Positions 34,931 through 45,518 are shown, numbered from the stretch's first letter. The stretch is 59,529 nt of DNA from Candidatus Limnocylindrales bacterium (GCA_035764655.1 DASTYU010000071.1:1-59529), one strand, 5' to 3'. The notes: generated by a model not told the origin, from the letters alone. Made by a program: numbers and translations.

Positions 34931-37900
34931 TCAATCCGCGGCGGCGAGCCGCGCGACGATGGCCTGGGTGAGCTCCCACGCATGGGCTGGGGACGCGGGC
35001 ACGCGGATGCGGACCTGGTTCGAGGCGAAGGTCATGTCGGCCGGACGCACGCCTGGCAGCCCGCCGTCACCGAGCAGGTTCATCGCCGTGGACCGGGACA
35101 GCCCCGCGCCGAAGCGCACGATCAGCAGCCCGTCCTCGCGCGAGATCGAGGAGACCCCGGCGCCCTCGGCCACGAGGCGCAGCTCCGCGACCTCGACCAG
35201 CCGGACCACCGGCTGCGGCATGACCCCGAAACGATCCGTGATCTCCTGGCGGAAGGCCGCGATGTCACCGGTCGTGCGGGCCCTGGCCAGTCGTCGGTAC
35301 AGCTCCAGCTTCTGGGCCTCATCGGGCACGTAGTCGTCGGGCAGGTGCGCCTCGAGCGGAAGATCGACGACGGCCTGCGGCGGGACGACGACCGGAGCGC
35401 GCCCTTCCAGCTCGGCCTTCTGCGCTTCGACGGCGTCCGCCAGGAGGCGGGAGTAGAGATCGAAGCCGACCGCCGCCATGTGACCCGACTGCTCTCCACC
35501 GAGGATGTTCCCGGCTCCCCGGATCTCGAGGTCGGACAAGGCGATCTGGAACCCGGCACCCAGCTCAGAGGCGTTGAAGATCGCCTGCAGCCGCTTGCGC
35601 GCCTCGTCGCTCAGGCGTTCGCGGCGGCGATACAGCAGGTACGCGTAGGCACGCCGTGACGAGCGCCCGACCCGGCCACGCAGCTGGTACAGCTGGGCGA
35701 GCCCCAGGGTGTCGGCACGGTCGATGACGATCGTGTTCGCGTTCGGGATGTCCAGCCCCGATTCGATGATCGTCGTGCACACCAGGACGTCCGCCTCGCC
35801 CTCGGCGAACGCGAGCATGACCTCGTCGAGCGTGCCCTCGGCCATCTGCCCGTGACCGACCACGAACCGGGCATCGGGCAGCATCCGCCTGAGCTGCTCG
35901 GCCTGCGCTTCGATCGTCTCCACGCGGTTGTGGACGTAGAACACCTGGCCGCCCCGGTCGAGCTCGCGCAGGATCGCGTCGCGTACCAGCCCCGCGGTCG
36001 CCTCCGCGACGCGGGTCTGGATCGGCAGGCGATCCTCCGGGGGCGTCTCGATGAGCGACAGGTCGCGGACGCCGGCGAGCGCCAGGTTGAGCGTGCGCGG
36101 GATCGGTGTCGCGGACAGGGTCAGCACGTCGACCTCGCGGCGCATCCGCTTGAGCCGCTCCTTTGCCGCAACCCCGAAGCGCTGTTCCTCGTCGACGACG
36201 ACGAGCCCGAGATCGCGGAAGCGGACGTCCTTGCTGAGCAGCCGGTGCGTGCCGATGACGACGTCCACCGAACCGTCGGCGAGGCCCTCGAGCGTCGCCG
36301 CCTGGTCCTTCGAGGAGACGAACCGCGAGAGCAGCCGGACCTCGAGCGGGAAGGCCGCGTAGCGCTGGGCGAACGTTCGGTGGTGCTGCGCGGCGAGGAC
36401 CGTTGTCGGCACGAGGACCGCCACCTGCCTGCCGTCCTGGGCGGCCTTGAAGGCGGCCCGCAGCGCGACCTCGGTCTTGCCGTACCCGACGTCGCCGACG
36501 ACGAGCCGATCCATCGGCCTGACGCGCTCCATGTCGTCCTTCGTCTCGGCCACGGCCCGCAGCTGGTCCACGGTCTCCTCGTACGGGAACGACGCCTCGA
36601 GCTCGGCCTGCCACGGCGTATCCGGCGCGAACGCATGGCCCTGCGCGGCACTTCGAGCCGCGTACAGCTCGAGCAGCTCCTTGGCGAGGTCGCTGACGGC
36701 GCGGCCGACGCGCTGCTTGGTGCGCAGCCATTCCGCCCCGCCGAGCTTGCTGAGGTGCGGCCGGTCCCCGCCGGAGTAGCGCGTCACCCGGGCGATCTGC
36801 TCGACCGGCACAAAGATCCGGTCCCCGCCGGCGAACGACAGCTCCAGGAAGTCGCGCTCGTCGCCGCTCGACGCGGAGCGGCGCAGCATCTGCTCGAAGC
36901 GGGCGACGCCGTGATCGATATGCACGACGAAGTCGCCGGTCGTCAGCCGCTCCAGGATGTCGCGCGGCACGACGCGGCGCATCGCCTTCGGGCGGCGGAT
37001 GCGAACGTTCCCGAACAGCTCGCGGTCGGTGACGAAGACGAGGCCCTCCGGACCGCCGGCGAAGCCGCCGTTGAGGCTGCGCTCGATGATCGCGATGGCC
37101 GTGGGCGGCGGCGCTTCGGTCAGGCCCGCCACGACCGCCGCGGGGTGGCCCGCGTCGCCAAGGATCTCCGCGAGGCGCGGCGCCTGGTCGGAAGCGAGCA
37201 CGATCCGCGCGTCGTCCTCCTGCCAGCCCTCGACGGCCTCCGGCAGGCGGGCTGCCCGTCCGAGCGGGAGGTGTGGCTCGTGCCAACCGAAGACGAGCTG
37301 GGCATCCAGCGGCGGGGCCATGGCCGTCCCGGCCGGCGGCTCGGACTCCCATGTCAGCTCCAGCGTCCGCGATGACACGAGCCGGCCCTTCCAGTCGCGC
37401 GGGCCGAGGTAGGTCACGGGCCAGCGCTTCGGCAGCTCGCCCCCTTCGGCCAGCTCCGCGCGCCGCTCCTCGGCCTGGCGCCACAGGAACTGGGCGGCCT
37501 CGGCCAGGTCGCCCGGCTCGTCGATAACCAGCAGTGTCCCGGGATCGACGTGGTCGAAGCCGGTCGCGGTGGCGAGATAGGGCGCCCAGACTTCCGCCGC
37601 GTCACCAACCGCAAGCGCACGCGTTGCGCCGCTGACGTTGGTCGCTGCCGTTTCGCGGAGAGGATCATCGGCCCCTTCGAACCGGGCAAGGTCCACGGCC
37701 AGCCGCTCGGGCAGCTTCGAGGCCATCGTTCCGAGTCGCTCACGCAGCGCCGCCAGGCCGCCCGCCGGCAGGAGGAACTCGGACGCGGGAAGGAACACCG
37801 CGTCGTCGACCGGGCCGATGGTCCGTTGGTCGGTGGGGTCGAACGCGCGCAGGGAATCGATCTCGTCACCGAAGAACTCGATCCGGATCGGCAGCGGCAG

Positions 37901-38740
37901 CGATGGCGGGAAGACGTCGACGATGCCGCCGCGCCGGGCGAACTCGCCGCGACCGGCGACCTCGAGGACGGGCACGTAGCCGAGGTCGAGGAGCTCGCGG
38001 AGGAGCGCATCCTGACCCACCCGCATCCCGAGCTTCACCGTCCGCGGTTCGGCCGGGAGGTCGTCCGGTGCGATGGTGTGCTGGAGGAGCGCCTGGACGC
38101 TCGCGACGAGGATGCGAGCACGGCCGGCGCGCCACGCGGCAAGCGCAGCGACCCGCGCGGCGGTCTCGTCCGCGACCAGCTCGCTGCGCTCGTAGGCCAG
38201 CGACGTCCGCGGCTCGAGCACCGCGATGGCCTCCGCGTCACCGAGCCACGCGCCGAGCTCTTCCGCGACGCGGTCGCCGATCTCGGAGTCGCGGGCGATC
38301 CACACCAGCCGCTCACCGGCGCCGAGGGCAAGGGCCGCCGCGAGGTATGACTTCGCGCCGTGGGGCACGCCCGCCAGACCGGCGTGGAAGCCGCGGGGCG
38401 TCAGGGTTTCGGCGGATCCAAGCCGTGCGCGGACGGTCTGGAACGGTTCGGTCGCCGCGAGGAGCGGCGGGAGCACCTTGAGATCCGGCAGCCGACGGCC
38501 GGCCCCCCGACCCCGCGCCGGGGCCGGTACGGGGACGGGTCGTGGCCGGCGGGCCTCCTCGACCTCAGCGTCGACAGCGGCGACATCAAAGTCGACCTCC
38601 TCGTCGTGGCTCGGCGGGCGGTGGCGCTCGGCGAACTCCTCGGCGATGCGTTCGGCGATCCGGCGCTCGCGCGTCGTCCGCCCGCGCATTTGCGGGCTCA
38701 CTCCCCTCCTCCCCTTCCGGGCAGGCGCACGCGTCGCCAC
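34931..38740 (-). CDS. mfd: Transcription-repair coupling factor Mfd
   Basis: UvrB-homology N-terminal modules, CarD/RID region (GDFVVHIDHGVARF), superfamily-2 helicase motifs (GDVGYGKTEVALRAA, VVDEEQRFG, LSATPIPRTL, QLRGRVGRS) and a TRG region. The start may instead be ATG 38689, which would remove the 43-nt overlap with pth. Confidence 0.95.
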   Translation of the reverse strand: MATRAPARKGRRGVSPQMRGRTTRERRIAERIAEEFAERHRPPSHDEEVDFDVAAVDAEVEEARRPRPVPVPAPARGRGAGRRLPDLKVLPPLLAATEPFQTVRARLGSAETLTPRGFHAGLAGVPHGAKSYLAAALALGAGERLVWIARDSEIGDRVAEELGAWLGDAEAIAVLEPRTSLAYERSELVADETAARVAALAAWRAGRARILVASVQALLQHTIAPDDLPAEPRTVKLGMRVGQDALLRELLDLGYVPVLEVAGRGEFARRGGIVDVFPPSLPLPIRIEFFGDEIDSLRAFDPTDQRTIGPVDDAVFLPASEFLLPAGGLAALRERLGTMASKLPERLAVDLARFEGADDPLRETAATNVSGATRALAVGDAAEVWAPYLATATGFDHVDPGTLLVIDEPGDLAEAAQFLWRQAEERRAELAEGGELPKRWPVTYLGPRDWKGRLVSSRTLELTWESEPPAGTAMAPPLDAQLVFGWHEPHLPLGRAARLPEAVEGWQEDDARIVLASDQAPRLAEILGDAGHPAAVVAGLTEAPPPTAIAIIERSLNGGFAGGPEGLVFVTDRELFGNVRIRRPKAMRRVVPRDILERLTTGDFVVHIDHGVARFEQMLRRSASSGDERDFLELSFAGGDRIFVPVEQIARVTRYSGGDRPHLSKLGGAEWLRTKQRVGRAVSDLAKELLELYAARSAAQGHAFAPDTPWQAELEASFPYEETVDQLRAVAETKDDMERVRPMDRLVVGDVGYGKTEVALRAAFKAAQDGRQVAVLVPTTVLAAQHHRTFAQRYAAFPLEVRLLSRFVSSKDQAATLEGLADGSVDVVIGTHRLLSKDVRFRDLGLVVVDEEQRFGVAAKERLKRMRREVDVLTLSATPIPRTLNLALAGVRDLSLIETPPEDRLPIQTRVAEATAGLVRDAILRELDRGGQVFYVHNRVETIEAQAEQLRRMLPDARFVVGHGQMAEGTLDEVMLAFAEGEADVLVCTTIIESGLDIPNANTIVIDRADTLGLAQLYQLRGRVGRSSRRAYAYLLYRRRERLSDEARKRLQAIFNASELGAGFQIALSDLEIRGAGNILGGEQSGHMAAVGFDLYSRLLADAVEAQKAELEGRAPVVVPPQAVVDLPLEAHLPDDYVPDEAQKLELYRRLARARTTGDIAAFRQEITDRFGVMPQPVVRLVEVAELRLVAEGAGVSSISREDGLLIVRFGAGLSRSTAMNLLGDGGLPGVRPADMTFASNQVRIRVPASPAHAWELTQAIVARLAAAD

Positions 38741-39390
38741 CCCGTCCGCGTGCGGCGGATGCCGTCCGGACCGGGCGGCCCTTCGACCTCGCCGGGTGCC
38801 GCGATCCGGGTCTCGTCCGCCGGGCGCAACTCGAAGTTGTTGAAGCGGTTCGCCGCCTTGTTCGTGCCCTCGCGCGCCCAGGCTTCGACGGCATCGGCGG
38901 CCGCGTCGATCAGCTCATCGAGCCGCTCACGCTCGTCCACCGCGAATGTCGACAGGACGTGGTCGATGGCTTGACGCTGCGGGTCCCCGATGCCGATGCG
39001 CAGCCGGCTGAACTTCTCGGTACCGAGCTCCTCGACCACCGAGCGCAGGCCGTTGTGGCCGCCGTGACTGCCCTGTTCGCGGAAGCGCAACTTGCCGAAC
39101 GGCAGCGCGAAGTCATCGGCCACGATGAGCATGTCGCCCAGCGGCGCCCGCTCGCGGGCGAGCACCTTGCGGACGGCGATGCCGGAGTCGTTCATGTAGG
39201 TCATCGGCTTGACCAATGTCACGTCGAGGCCGCGAAACCGGCCCATCACGACGCTCGCCGCGTCGCGCTGCCGCCCACGACCGGACCAGCCCGCCCGGTC
39301 GGCCAACCGGTCGAGCACCATCCAGCCGATGTTGTGGCGCGTCTGCGCGTACTGCGAGCCCGGGTTGCCGAGCCCGACGACGATCTTCAC
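38698..39390 (-). CDS. pth: Peptidyl-tRNA hydrolase
   Basis: VKIVVGLGNPGSQYAQTRHNIGWMV, GSHGGHNGLRS. GTG 39390 follows GGAGG. A ~40-aa C-terminal tail is present. Confidence 0.93.
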   Translation of the reverse strand: MKIVVGLGNPGSQYAQTRHNIGWMVLDRLADRAGWSGRGRQRDAASVVMGRFRGLDVTLVKPMTYMNDSGIAVRKVLARERAPLGDMLIVADDFALPFGKLRFREQGSHGGHNGLRSVVEELGTEKFSRLRIGIGDPQRQAIDHVLSTFAVDERERLDELIDAAADAVEAWAREGTNKAANRFNNFELRPADETRIAAPGEVEGPPGPDGIRRTRTGWRRVRLPGRGGGE

Positions 39391-39693
39391 GAAGCCTCCG
39401 GGGCATGCGAACAAGCGTCCCACGGCAGGCTGCCCGAGACGCCGACAGGGCCGCGATCACCCGACCGCGGCCTCGCCGGATGGTACCGCGCGGGAGCTTC
39501 GGCCGCCCTCCAGCAGCTTGAACGTGCAGCCCACGACCGTAACGGCCTCCGAAGGCTCGACGGAACGCCCACGTTGGTCGATTCGTGTATCCCACGCACG
39601 AATCGGCCACCGAGCCAGTCGATTTGGGTCCGTGGCGGTTGCTCGTTTGCCGTTGCGGTCAACCGGCGACCGAAACGCAACGGAACGTCATGC

Positions 39694-40209
39694 TCAGTTC
39701 AGGAGCTGCCGCTCCAGGGAGCGCATTGCCGCCTCCTCGGCGGGCTCGGCGTGGTCCCAACCGCACACGTGGAGCGTGCCGTGGGTCACGAGCAGGCGCA
39801 GCTCCTCGGCGGGCGACCAGCGGACGTCGCCCGTGTGGCCGCCGCGGCCGGAATCGGCCTGCTCGATCGCGCGCTCGACCGAGACGACGATGTCGCCGAG
39901 GTGGAGCCGTGTGCGTGGCGGCCGGGGTTGCTCGGGGACCGTGGCGCCGCCGCGGAACGCCTCGGCAGGCAGCAGCGGGAACGACAGCACGTCCGTGGGC
40001 CCGGTCTTGCCCATGTGCTCGGCGTTCAGCGAGGCGAGCTCCAGATCGTCCGACAGGATCAGCCCGATCGACGCCGGGGCTGGCGCGCCGGCCGCCCTCA
40101 GTCCCGCCGCGACGACGCGTGCGAGCTGCGCGCCGCGAACAGGACTGCGGACGCCCGGCCGGATCTGGAGATCGATCCGCCAGGGACCCTCGTAGATCGC
40201 GCGCGTCAC
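39694..40209 (-). CDS. ybeY: rRNA maturation endoribonuclease YbeY
   Basis: Zinc site HGTLHVCGWDH. GTGA overlap with the upstream HD protein. Confidence 0.93.
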   Translation of the reverse strand: MTRAIYEGPWRIDLQIRPGVRSPVRGAQLARVVAAGLRAAGAPAPASIGLILSDDLELASLNAEHMGKTGPTDVLSFPLLPAEAFRGGATVPEQPRPPRTRLHLGDIVVSVERAIEQADSGRGGHTGDVRWSPAEELRLLVTHGTLHVCGWDHAEPAEEAAMRSLERQLLN

Positions 40210-42377
40210 GACGCGCTGCCGTCGCCTCCGCCGCTCGCGATCCGCCGCGACTCCAGCTCCACGACCTTGTTCTGCGGGTACTCGATGCGGGTGTGGTACA
40301 TGCCCAGCAGCTGCCCGACGAACGCCTCGCGGATCAGCTGCAGGTCACGCAGGGTGAGCTCGCACTCGTCGAACTGGTTGTCGCCGACGCGCTCGTCGAT
40401 GATGCGGCCGACCATCGCCCGGATCGCCGGCTCATCCCGCGATGACAGGGACCGGACCGACGCCTCGACGCCGTCGGCGAGCATGATCAGCGCCGCCTCG
40501 CGGGATTGCGGCTTGGGCCCCGCATGGCGGAATTTGCGCTCGTCCACGGCGGCCGCGGCCCTCTGGCCCTCGGCCGTCGAGATGCCGCCGTACGGATCCG
40601 CCGCACTGTCCTTCGCGCGCGCATGGAAGTAGCTCATGATCGCCGTCCCGTGGTGCTGCGGGATGAACGCGATCAGCGACTTCGGCAGGCGCGCCTTGTA
40701 GGCGATGTCGATCCCGTCGGCCACGTGCTGCTTGAGCACCTGCGCGCTGGTCTCCGGGTCGAGCTGATCGTGAACGTTGTCGCCACCGGCCTGGTTCTCG
40801 ATGAACGCGAGCGGATTGGCGAGCTTGCCGATGTCGTGGTAGTAGGCGGCGACACGGGTGAGCAACGGATCGGCGCCGATCGCCTCCGCCGCACGCTCTG
40901 CCAGGTTGCCCACCATCAGCGAGTGGTGGTACGTCCCGGGCGTCTCGACGAGCAGGCGGCGCAGCAGCGGCTGCGACGGGTTGGCGAGCTCGAGCAGCTG
41001 GAACACCGTGAGAATCCCGAACAACGAGCCGATGACGGCAAAGGATCCGGCTGCCGCCACGGCCGACCCGGCGCCGGAGGCGGCCGATGCAAGCCACAGC
41101 TCGAGCACGCCGCGGATGTCGCGTTCGCCGAGGAGCGAGAACACCGACACCACGAGCGCGTTGACGACGGCGACCGCAATGCCGGCTTGCACGAAGACCT
41201 GCAGCTTGTCGCCGCGTCGCACGGTCACGATGCCGGCCATCCCGCCGAGGAAGACGTACGCCGCGATCTCGAGGGAGGACCCGTTGACGGCCCCCGCCAC
41301 GATCGCGATAAGGGCCATGACGAACGTGGCGATCGTCGCGTCGAGAAGGATCGTCAGGAGCATCCCGATGGCGGCGGTCGGCAGGAAGTACGTGAGGATC
41401 GAGCGGCCGGCGGTCAACTTGAGAGCGATGGTTGCGCCGACCACCAGCAGGCCGATGAGCACGAGGACGCTGTTGCGGTGCCACAGCCCCGGACGGAAGC
41501 GCCAGATCCAGCCGAGCAGGAAGCCGACGACCAGCGCCGCGAACAGGACCCAGCCGGCAAACGTGGCCAGGTCGGCCTGGTCGTCGTTGAGGCCCAGCGC
41601 CTCGAGCATCTCGATGTCCGCCTCGTCGATCGGGTCTCCCTGGCGCAGGATCACCTGGCCCTGCGCGACGCGGACGCGGGTATCCGGGACGGCGGCGGCG
41701 GCCTTCTCCCGGGCAGCTTCGGTGAGCTCCTCGCTGTACGACGCGTTGCCGACGATGAGCGGGCGGATCAATGAGGCGGCGAGAAGCCGCTCGTCCTCGT
41801 CGAGATCGCCCGCCATCTGGTCGGCGAGCGCGAGTTTGGCTGACTCGACCTCGCTGTCCTTGAGCTCGAAGCGAAGGGTGATGTCGAGGACGCGTGCGGC
41901 CTCCGTCCGGATCGCTGCCCAGCGACCGCGTTGGAGCCCGTGCAGGGTGGCGGCTTCGGCTTCGGGGAGGCCGAGCTCGGCCATGGCCCCGTCGAGCAGC
42001 GCCGCACGATCCTCGCGGCTGACCTCCGCGCTGAACGCTGCGTCGATCGCGTCGACCCGCTGGTCGAAGGCGCGCTGCTGTGCGGCCGCGATCGCGATCG
42101 CGTTGCCGGTCGTGTAGTCGTAGGTGTCCGGGACGGCATCGCGGGCGGCCTGGCGCGCCTCCTCGGTCCGGATCGGGCTGACGTAGTCGCGGTCCGCAGG
42201 AGCCACGATGTCACGCGGGGCCGGCTCACCGGCCGTCAGGTGAAGTCCGGTCGGCAGCGCAACGTCGATCCCGAGGATGGCGGTCAGGCTGAGCGCGAGG
42301 ATGGCGGCCGCGACGCCGAGGCGCGTGCCGTCACGACGCGTGAAGGCGCCCGGGGTGTCCGCTCGCCGGGTCAGCAT
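40206..42377 (-). CDS. pgpH: 7TM-receptor HD-domain phosphohydrolase (PgpH/YqfF-like, c-di-AMP phosphodiesterase family)
   Basis: Extracellular N-terminal domain, seven hydrophobic helices, then an HD domain (YHHSLMVGNLAE...AYYHDIGK). Confidence 0.88.
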   Translation of the reverse strand: MLTRRADTPGAFTRRDGTRLGVAAAILALSLTAILGIDVALPTGLHLTAGEPAPRDIVAPADRDYVSPIRTEEARQAARDAVPDTYDYTTGNAIAIAAAQQRAFDQRVDAIDAAFSAEVSREDRAALLDGAMAELGLPEAEAATLHGLQRGRWAAIRTEAARVLDITLRFELKDSEVESAKLALADQMAGDLDEDERLLAASLIRPLIVGNASYSEELTEAAREKAAAAVPDTRVRVAQGQVILRQGDPIDEADIEMLEALGLNDDQADLATFAGWVLFAALVVGFLLGWIWRFRPGLWHRNSVLVLIGLLVVGATIALKLTAGRSILTYFLPTAAIGMLLTILLDATIATFVMALIAIVAGAVNGSSLEIAAYVFLGGMAGIVTVRRGDKLQVFVQAGIAVAVVNALVVSVFSLLGERDIRGVLELWLASAASGAGSAVAAAGSFAVIGSLFGILTVFQLLELANPSQPLLRRLLVETPGTYHHSLMVGNLAERAAEAIGADPLLTRVAAYYHDIGKLANPLAFIENQAGGDNVHDQLDPETSAQVLKQHVADGIDIAYKARLPKSLIAFIPQHHGTAIMSYFHARAKDSAADPYGGISTAEGQRAAAAVDERKFRHAGPKPQSREAALIMLADGVEASVRSLSSRDEPAIRAMVGRIIDERVGDNQFDECELTLRDLQLIREAFVGQLLGMYHTRIEYPQNKVVELESRRIASGGGDGSAS

Positions 42378-42382
42378 CGGGT

Positions 42383-42859
42383 TCAGCCGCCCTGCTCAAC
42401 GGGCGCCGCGAGCGCGGCGGCGACCTTCTGTGACACGACCTTGCCGTCAGCGCGGCCGCGGGTGCGCGACGCGAGCCAACCCATGACCTTGCCGAGATCG
42501 CGGGGAGAGGCCGAACCGGTCGCGGCGATACCCTCAGCCACGAGCTGATCGATCTGCTCGCTGGTCAGTGGCTCGGGCAGGTACTCGGTCAGGATCTCGA
42601 GCTCTGCCTCCTCGCGCGACGCGAGATCGTCGCGGCCGCCGGCACGATAGGCGTCGATCGACTCGCGGCGCTGCTTCACCTCGCGGGTGAGCACGCCGAT
42701 CAGCTCATCCTCGGTGAGCTCGCGGAGGTGCTGCTTCTCCAGGTTGTAGGCCGCATTCGAGGCCATGCGCAGCACGTCGCGGCGCAGCGTGTCACCCGAC
42801 CGCATGGCCGCGGTCGTGTCTTCCTGGATCCGCTCTCGAAGGGACACCGGTTCTGGCAC
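42383..42859 (-). CDS. GatB/YqeY-domain protein
   Basis: LRERIQEDTTAAMRSGD...KGRADGKVVSQKV. Classic position after rpsU. Confidence 0.88.
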   Translation of the reverse strand: MPEPVSLRERIQEDTTAAMRSGDTLRRDVLRMASNAAYNLEKQHLRELTEDELIGVLTREVKQRRESIDAYRAGGRDDLASREEAELEILTEYLPEPLTSEQIDQLVAEGIAATGSASPRDLGKVMGWLASRTRGRADGKVVSQKVAAALAAPVEQGG

Positions 42860-42911
42860 CTCGGGCGTTACGCCGCCCGTGGGGTCGCGTGCATCGGCCG
42901 ACCCCGAAGGG

Positions 42912-43097
42912 TCAGCCTGCCTGCGCTCGGGCGTTCTTCTTGCGCTTGGCTTCCTTGCGCTTGCGCTTCACGCTCGGCTTCTCGTAGTGCTCGCGTCGGC
43001 GAGCCTCAGCGAGGATCCCGCTCTGCTGGATCTTCTTGTTGAAGCGGCGCAATGCGCTCTCGAACGTCTCGTTCTCGCCCACTCGGACTTCTGCCAA
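42912..43097 (-). CDS. rpsU: 30S ribosomal protein S21
   Basis: (TTG)[57 protein letters not shown] lies 7 nt upstream of the TTG start. Confidence 0.95.
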   Translation of the reverse strand: MAEVRVGENETFESALRRFNKKIQQSGILAEARRREHYEKPSVKRKRKEAKRKKNARAQAG

Positions 43098-43245
43098 TCC
43101 CGGTTCACCTCCTCAGGCCGTGATCTGCGGTGCCGTGTGCGTCGTACCGCGGCCAACCCGGCTTCGACAGCCGGCGGAGTGTAGCCGAGGCCCGATAACG
43201 GGTCAAACGCCCGCTGAGCAGCTCCGAACCGCTACGCTCTCTCCA

Positions 43246-44868
43246 GTGGACACGCTCCTTGATCTCCTCGAAGCGTCCGTCACCCGCTTCGGCGATCGGA
43301 ATGCCATGGGGCTCCGCGCCGACGACGGTTCGGTCTGGCACTGGAGCTTCCGCGAGCTCGACCGGCGCAGCCGGCTTGCAGCGTGGCGGCTTCGGGCGCT
43401 CGGCCTCGAACCCGGCGACCGGCTGCTGACTTGGTCGCCATCGACGCCGGCGTTGCCGGCCGTGTATTTCGGGGCGATGCGGGCGCGGCTCGTCCTCGTG
43501 CCGCTCGACCTGCGCATGTCGAGCGACGCGATCGAGGGCATCGTCCGCAAGTCCGCGCCGAAGCACCTCGTGATCGGTACCGGCCGGGACGCGCCCGACC
43601 CCAGCAGCGCAGATCTGGACCACTTCCCGACTTCGACCGTGGATGCCTTGTGCGCCGCTCCGGACGACACGTTTCCTCCGGACTGGGAGGCGCAGGTCGA
43701 CACGTGGCAGCGCCCAACACCGGACGAAGTCTGGGAGCTGGTCTTCACCTCGGGAACGACGGGGACCCCGAAGGGCGTGATTCTGGCGCACGACAACGTG
43801 TTGGCCGGCATCACGACATTCCACGACATCATCCCGCCGCTCCATCACCGGATCGTGTCACTGATGCCCTTATCGCACCTGCTGGAGCAGGCCATTGGGC
43901 TCTTCTATGCGCTCTCGGTCGGCGCCGACGTTCTGTACGTGCGCACCCTCAATCCCCGCGTGCTGTTCGAGGCGATCCGCGAGCACCGCGTCACTTCAAT
44001 GGTCGTCGTGCCCCAGGTCCTCGACCTGTTCTGGAGCGGGATCGAGCGCGAGGTCGCGCGGCGCGGACGCCTCCGCGTCTTCAATCTCCTTCGGCAATCC
44101 GCGCGCCGGCTGCCGGTGGCCATGCGGCGCTTCCTGTTCCGGAGTATCCACACCCAGCTCGGCGGAAACTTCCGGCTGTTCGTCAGCCTGGGCGCCTTCC
44201 TCCCGCCGGCTGTCCAGCAGGCATGGGAGGACATCGGCGTCATCGTCATGCAGGGATACGGCGCCACCGAGACGCTATCGGGAACGGCGACGACGCTCAA
44301 GGATCACGGTCTCGGCACGGTCGGCAGGCCGACGGGCGGGATCGCAATGCGACTTGCGGATGACGGCGAGGTCCAGTTCCGTGGCCCGACACTGTTCAAG
44401 GGCTACTGGGACGAGCCCGAGCTGACCGCAGCGTCGTTCACCGAGGACGGCTGGTACAAGACCGGGGACATCGGCCATTTCGACGACGGCGGCCGGCTCG
44501 TCCTGTCCGGCCGCAAGAAGGACATCATCGTTCTGCCCAACGGGTTCAACGTGTACCCCGAGGACATCGAGAACGCGCTGCGCGTCGCCGGCATCCGAGA
44601 GTCTGTCGTCGTGGAAACCTCGCCCGGGCGGATCGAGGCGATCATCCTGCCGGCCGACCCGAAGGAGGAGCCGGCCGCGGCCAAGACGCGCATCGGCGCG
44701 TCGGTCAAGGCGGCAAACGCCCGGCTCGGCCCGAACCAGCGCGTCGCAGCCTGGCGCGTGTGGCACGGCGAGGACTTCCCGCGGACGCACACACGCAAGG
44801 TCAAGCGCGACCAGGTCCGCAAGTGGGCCGTGGTCGAAGCGGCGCTGCCGGTCAGCGAGGGCGCCTGA
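43246..44868 (+). CDS. AMP-dependent synthetase/ligase (long-chain acyl-CoA synthetase-like)
   Basis: AMP-binding motif FTSGTTGTPKGV, then GYGATET and WYKTGDIG. In-frame GTG 43246 is chosen because the longer ORF (43036) would overlap rpsU and its promoter. Confidence 0.85.
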   Translation: MDTLLDLLEASVTRFGDRNAMGLRADDGSVWHWSFRELDRRSRLAAWRLRALGLEPGDRLLTWSPSTPALPAVYFGAMRARLVLVPLDLRMSSDAIEGIVRKSAPKHLVIGTGRDAPDPSSADLDHFPTSTVDALCAAPDDTFPPDWEAQVDTWQRPTPDEVWELVFTSGTTGTPKGVILAHDNVLAGITTFHDIIPPLHHRIVSLMPLSHLLEQAIGLFYALSVGADVLYVRTLNPRVLFEAIREHRVTSMVVVPQVLDLFWSGIEREVARRGRLRVFNLLRQSARRLPVAMRRFLFRSIHTQLGGNFRLFVSLGAFLPPAVQQAWEDIGVIVMQGYGATETLSGTATTLKDHGLGTVGRPTGGIAMRLADDGEVQFRGPTLFKGYWDEPELTAASFTEDGWYKTGDIGHFDDGGRLVLSGRKKDIIVLPNGFNVYPEDIENALRVAGIRESVVVETSPGRIEAIILPADPKEEPAAAKTRIGASVKAANARLGPNQRVAAWRVWHGEDFPRTHTRKVKRDQVRKWAVVEAALPVSEGA

Positions 44869-44906
44869 CGAGCCGGGAGTAGGCTGGTCGCGAACCGGGG
44901 GACGCC

Positions 44907-45374
44907 GTGACCGACAACCCGAACAGGGGACGCGGACGCAACGCGCGCCGAGAGCAGCTGGCGCTGCTGGCCATCGGCGTCCTGGCCGCACTGCTCGCCG
45001 TCTCGTTCCTCGCCCGACCATCCGAGCCGCTGCCGGACGAACCCACACCGACCCCGACGCACGCGACGGTTGAAACGACGTCACCCCCGGCCTCGCCGTC
45101 CGCGAGCGCGTCCGACTCGGCGTCGGCCAGCCCTCGGCCGGGCGGCGAGGGCGCGGTCGGCGACTACGGCTGCCTGACGCTGGCTGAGGCGACCGCAGCC
45201 GTGGAGGGCGACGGATTCGAGGTCGGGAGCGTCGCCTACACGCTCGAAGGCGGCCCGGTCACCGACGACTGGTTGGTCAGTGACCAGACGCCGGCGTCCG
45301 GCGAGCCGCGCGCGCCGGGCAGCGCCATCGACCTCGTCCTCAGCAACCCGTTCATGGTCTGCCCGACGCCGTAG
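44907..45374 (+). CDS. Membrane-anchored single-PASTA-domain protein
   Basis: N-terminal TM LALLAIGVLAALLAVSFL, a Pro/Ser/Thr linker, then LTLAEATAAVEGDGFEVGSVAY...VSDQTPASGEPRAPGSAIDLVLS, which looks like a PASTA fold. Confidence 0.72.
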   Translation: MTDNPNRGRGRNARREQLALLAIGVLAALLAVSFLARPSEPLPDEPTPTPTHATVETTSPPASPSASASDSASASPRPGGEGAVGDYGCLTLAEATAAVEGDGFEVGSVAYTLEGGPVTDDWLVSDQTPASGEPRAPGSAIDLVLSNPFMVCPTP

Positions 45375-45518
45375 CCCCCGAGGGCGCCTGTCCGAAAAGT
45401 GACAGGAAACTGTGGATAACTGCGTTGACACCCGCGGACGGCGGGCGCAGCCTCCCCGGCAGGCGGCATCGTCGCACGGGGGATGTGCGACCGTCACCGC
45501 CTATCGGGGGAGGGGGAC

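Noticed and set aside
43036-43245. Longer N-terminus for the acyl-CoA synthetase (ORF start 43036).
   Set aside because: It would overlap the rpsU coding sequence and its ribosome-binding site on the opposite strand. Family-like sequence begins only after GTG 43246.
45411-45419. Replication origin (oriC).
   Set aside because: There is a single DnaA box, no cluster of boxes, no A/T-rich unwinding element, and no dnaA/dnaN nearby.
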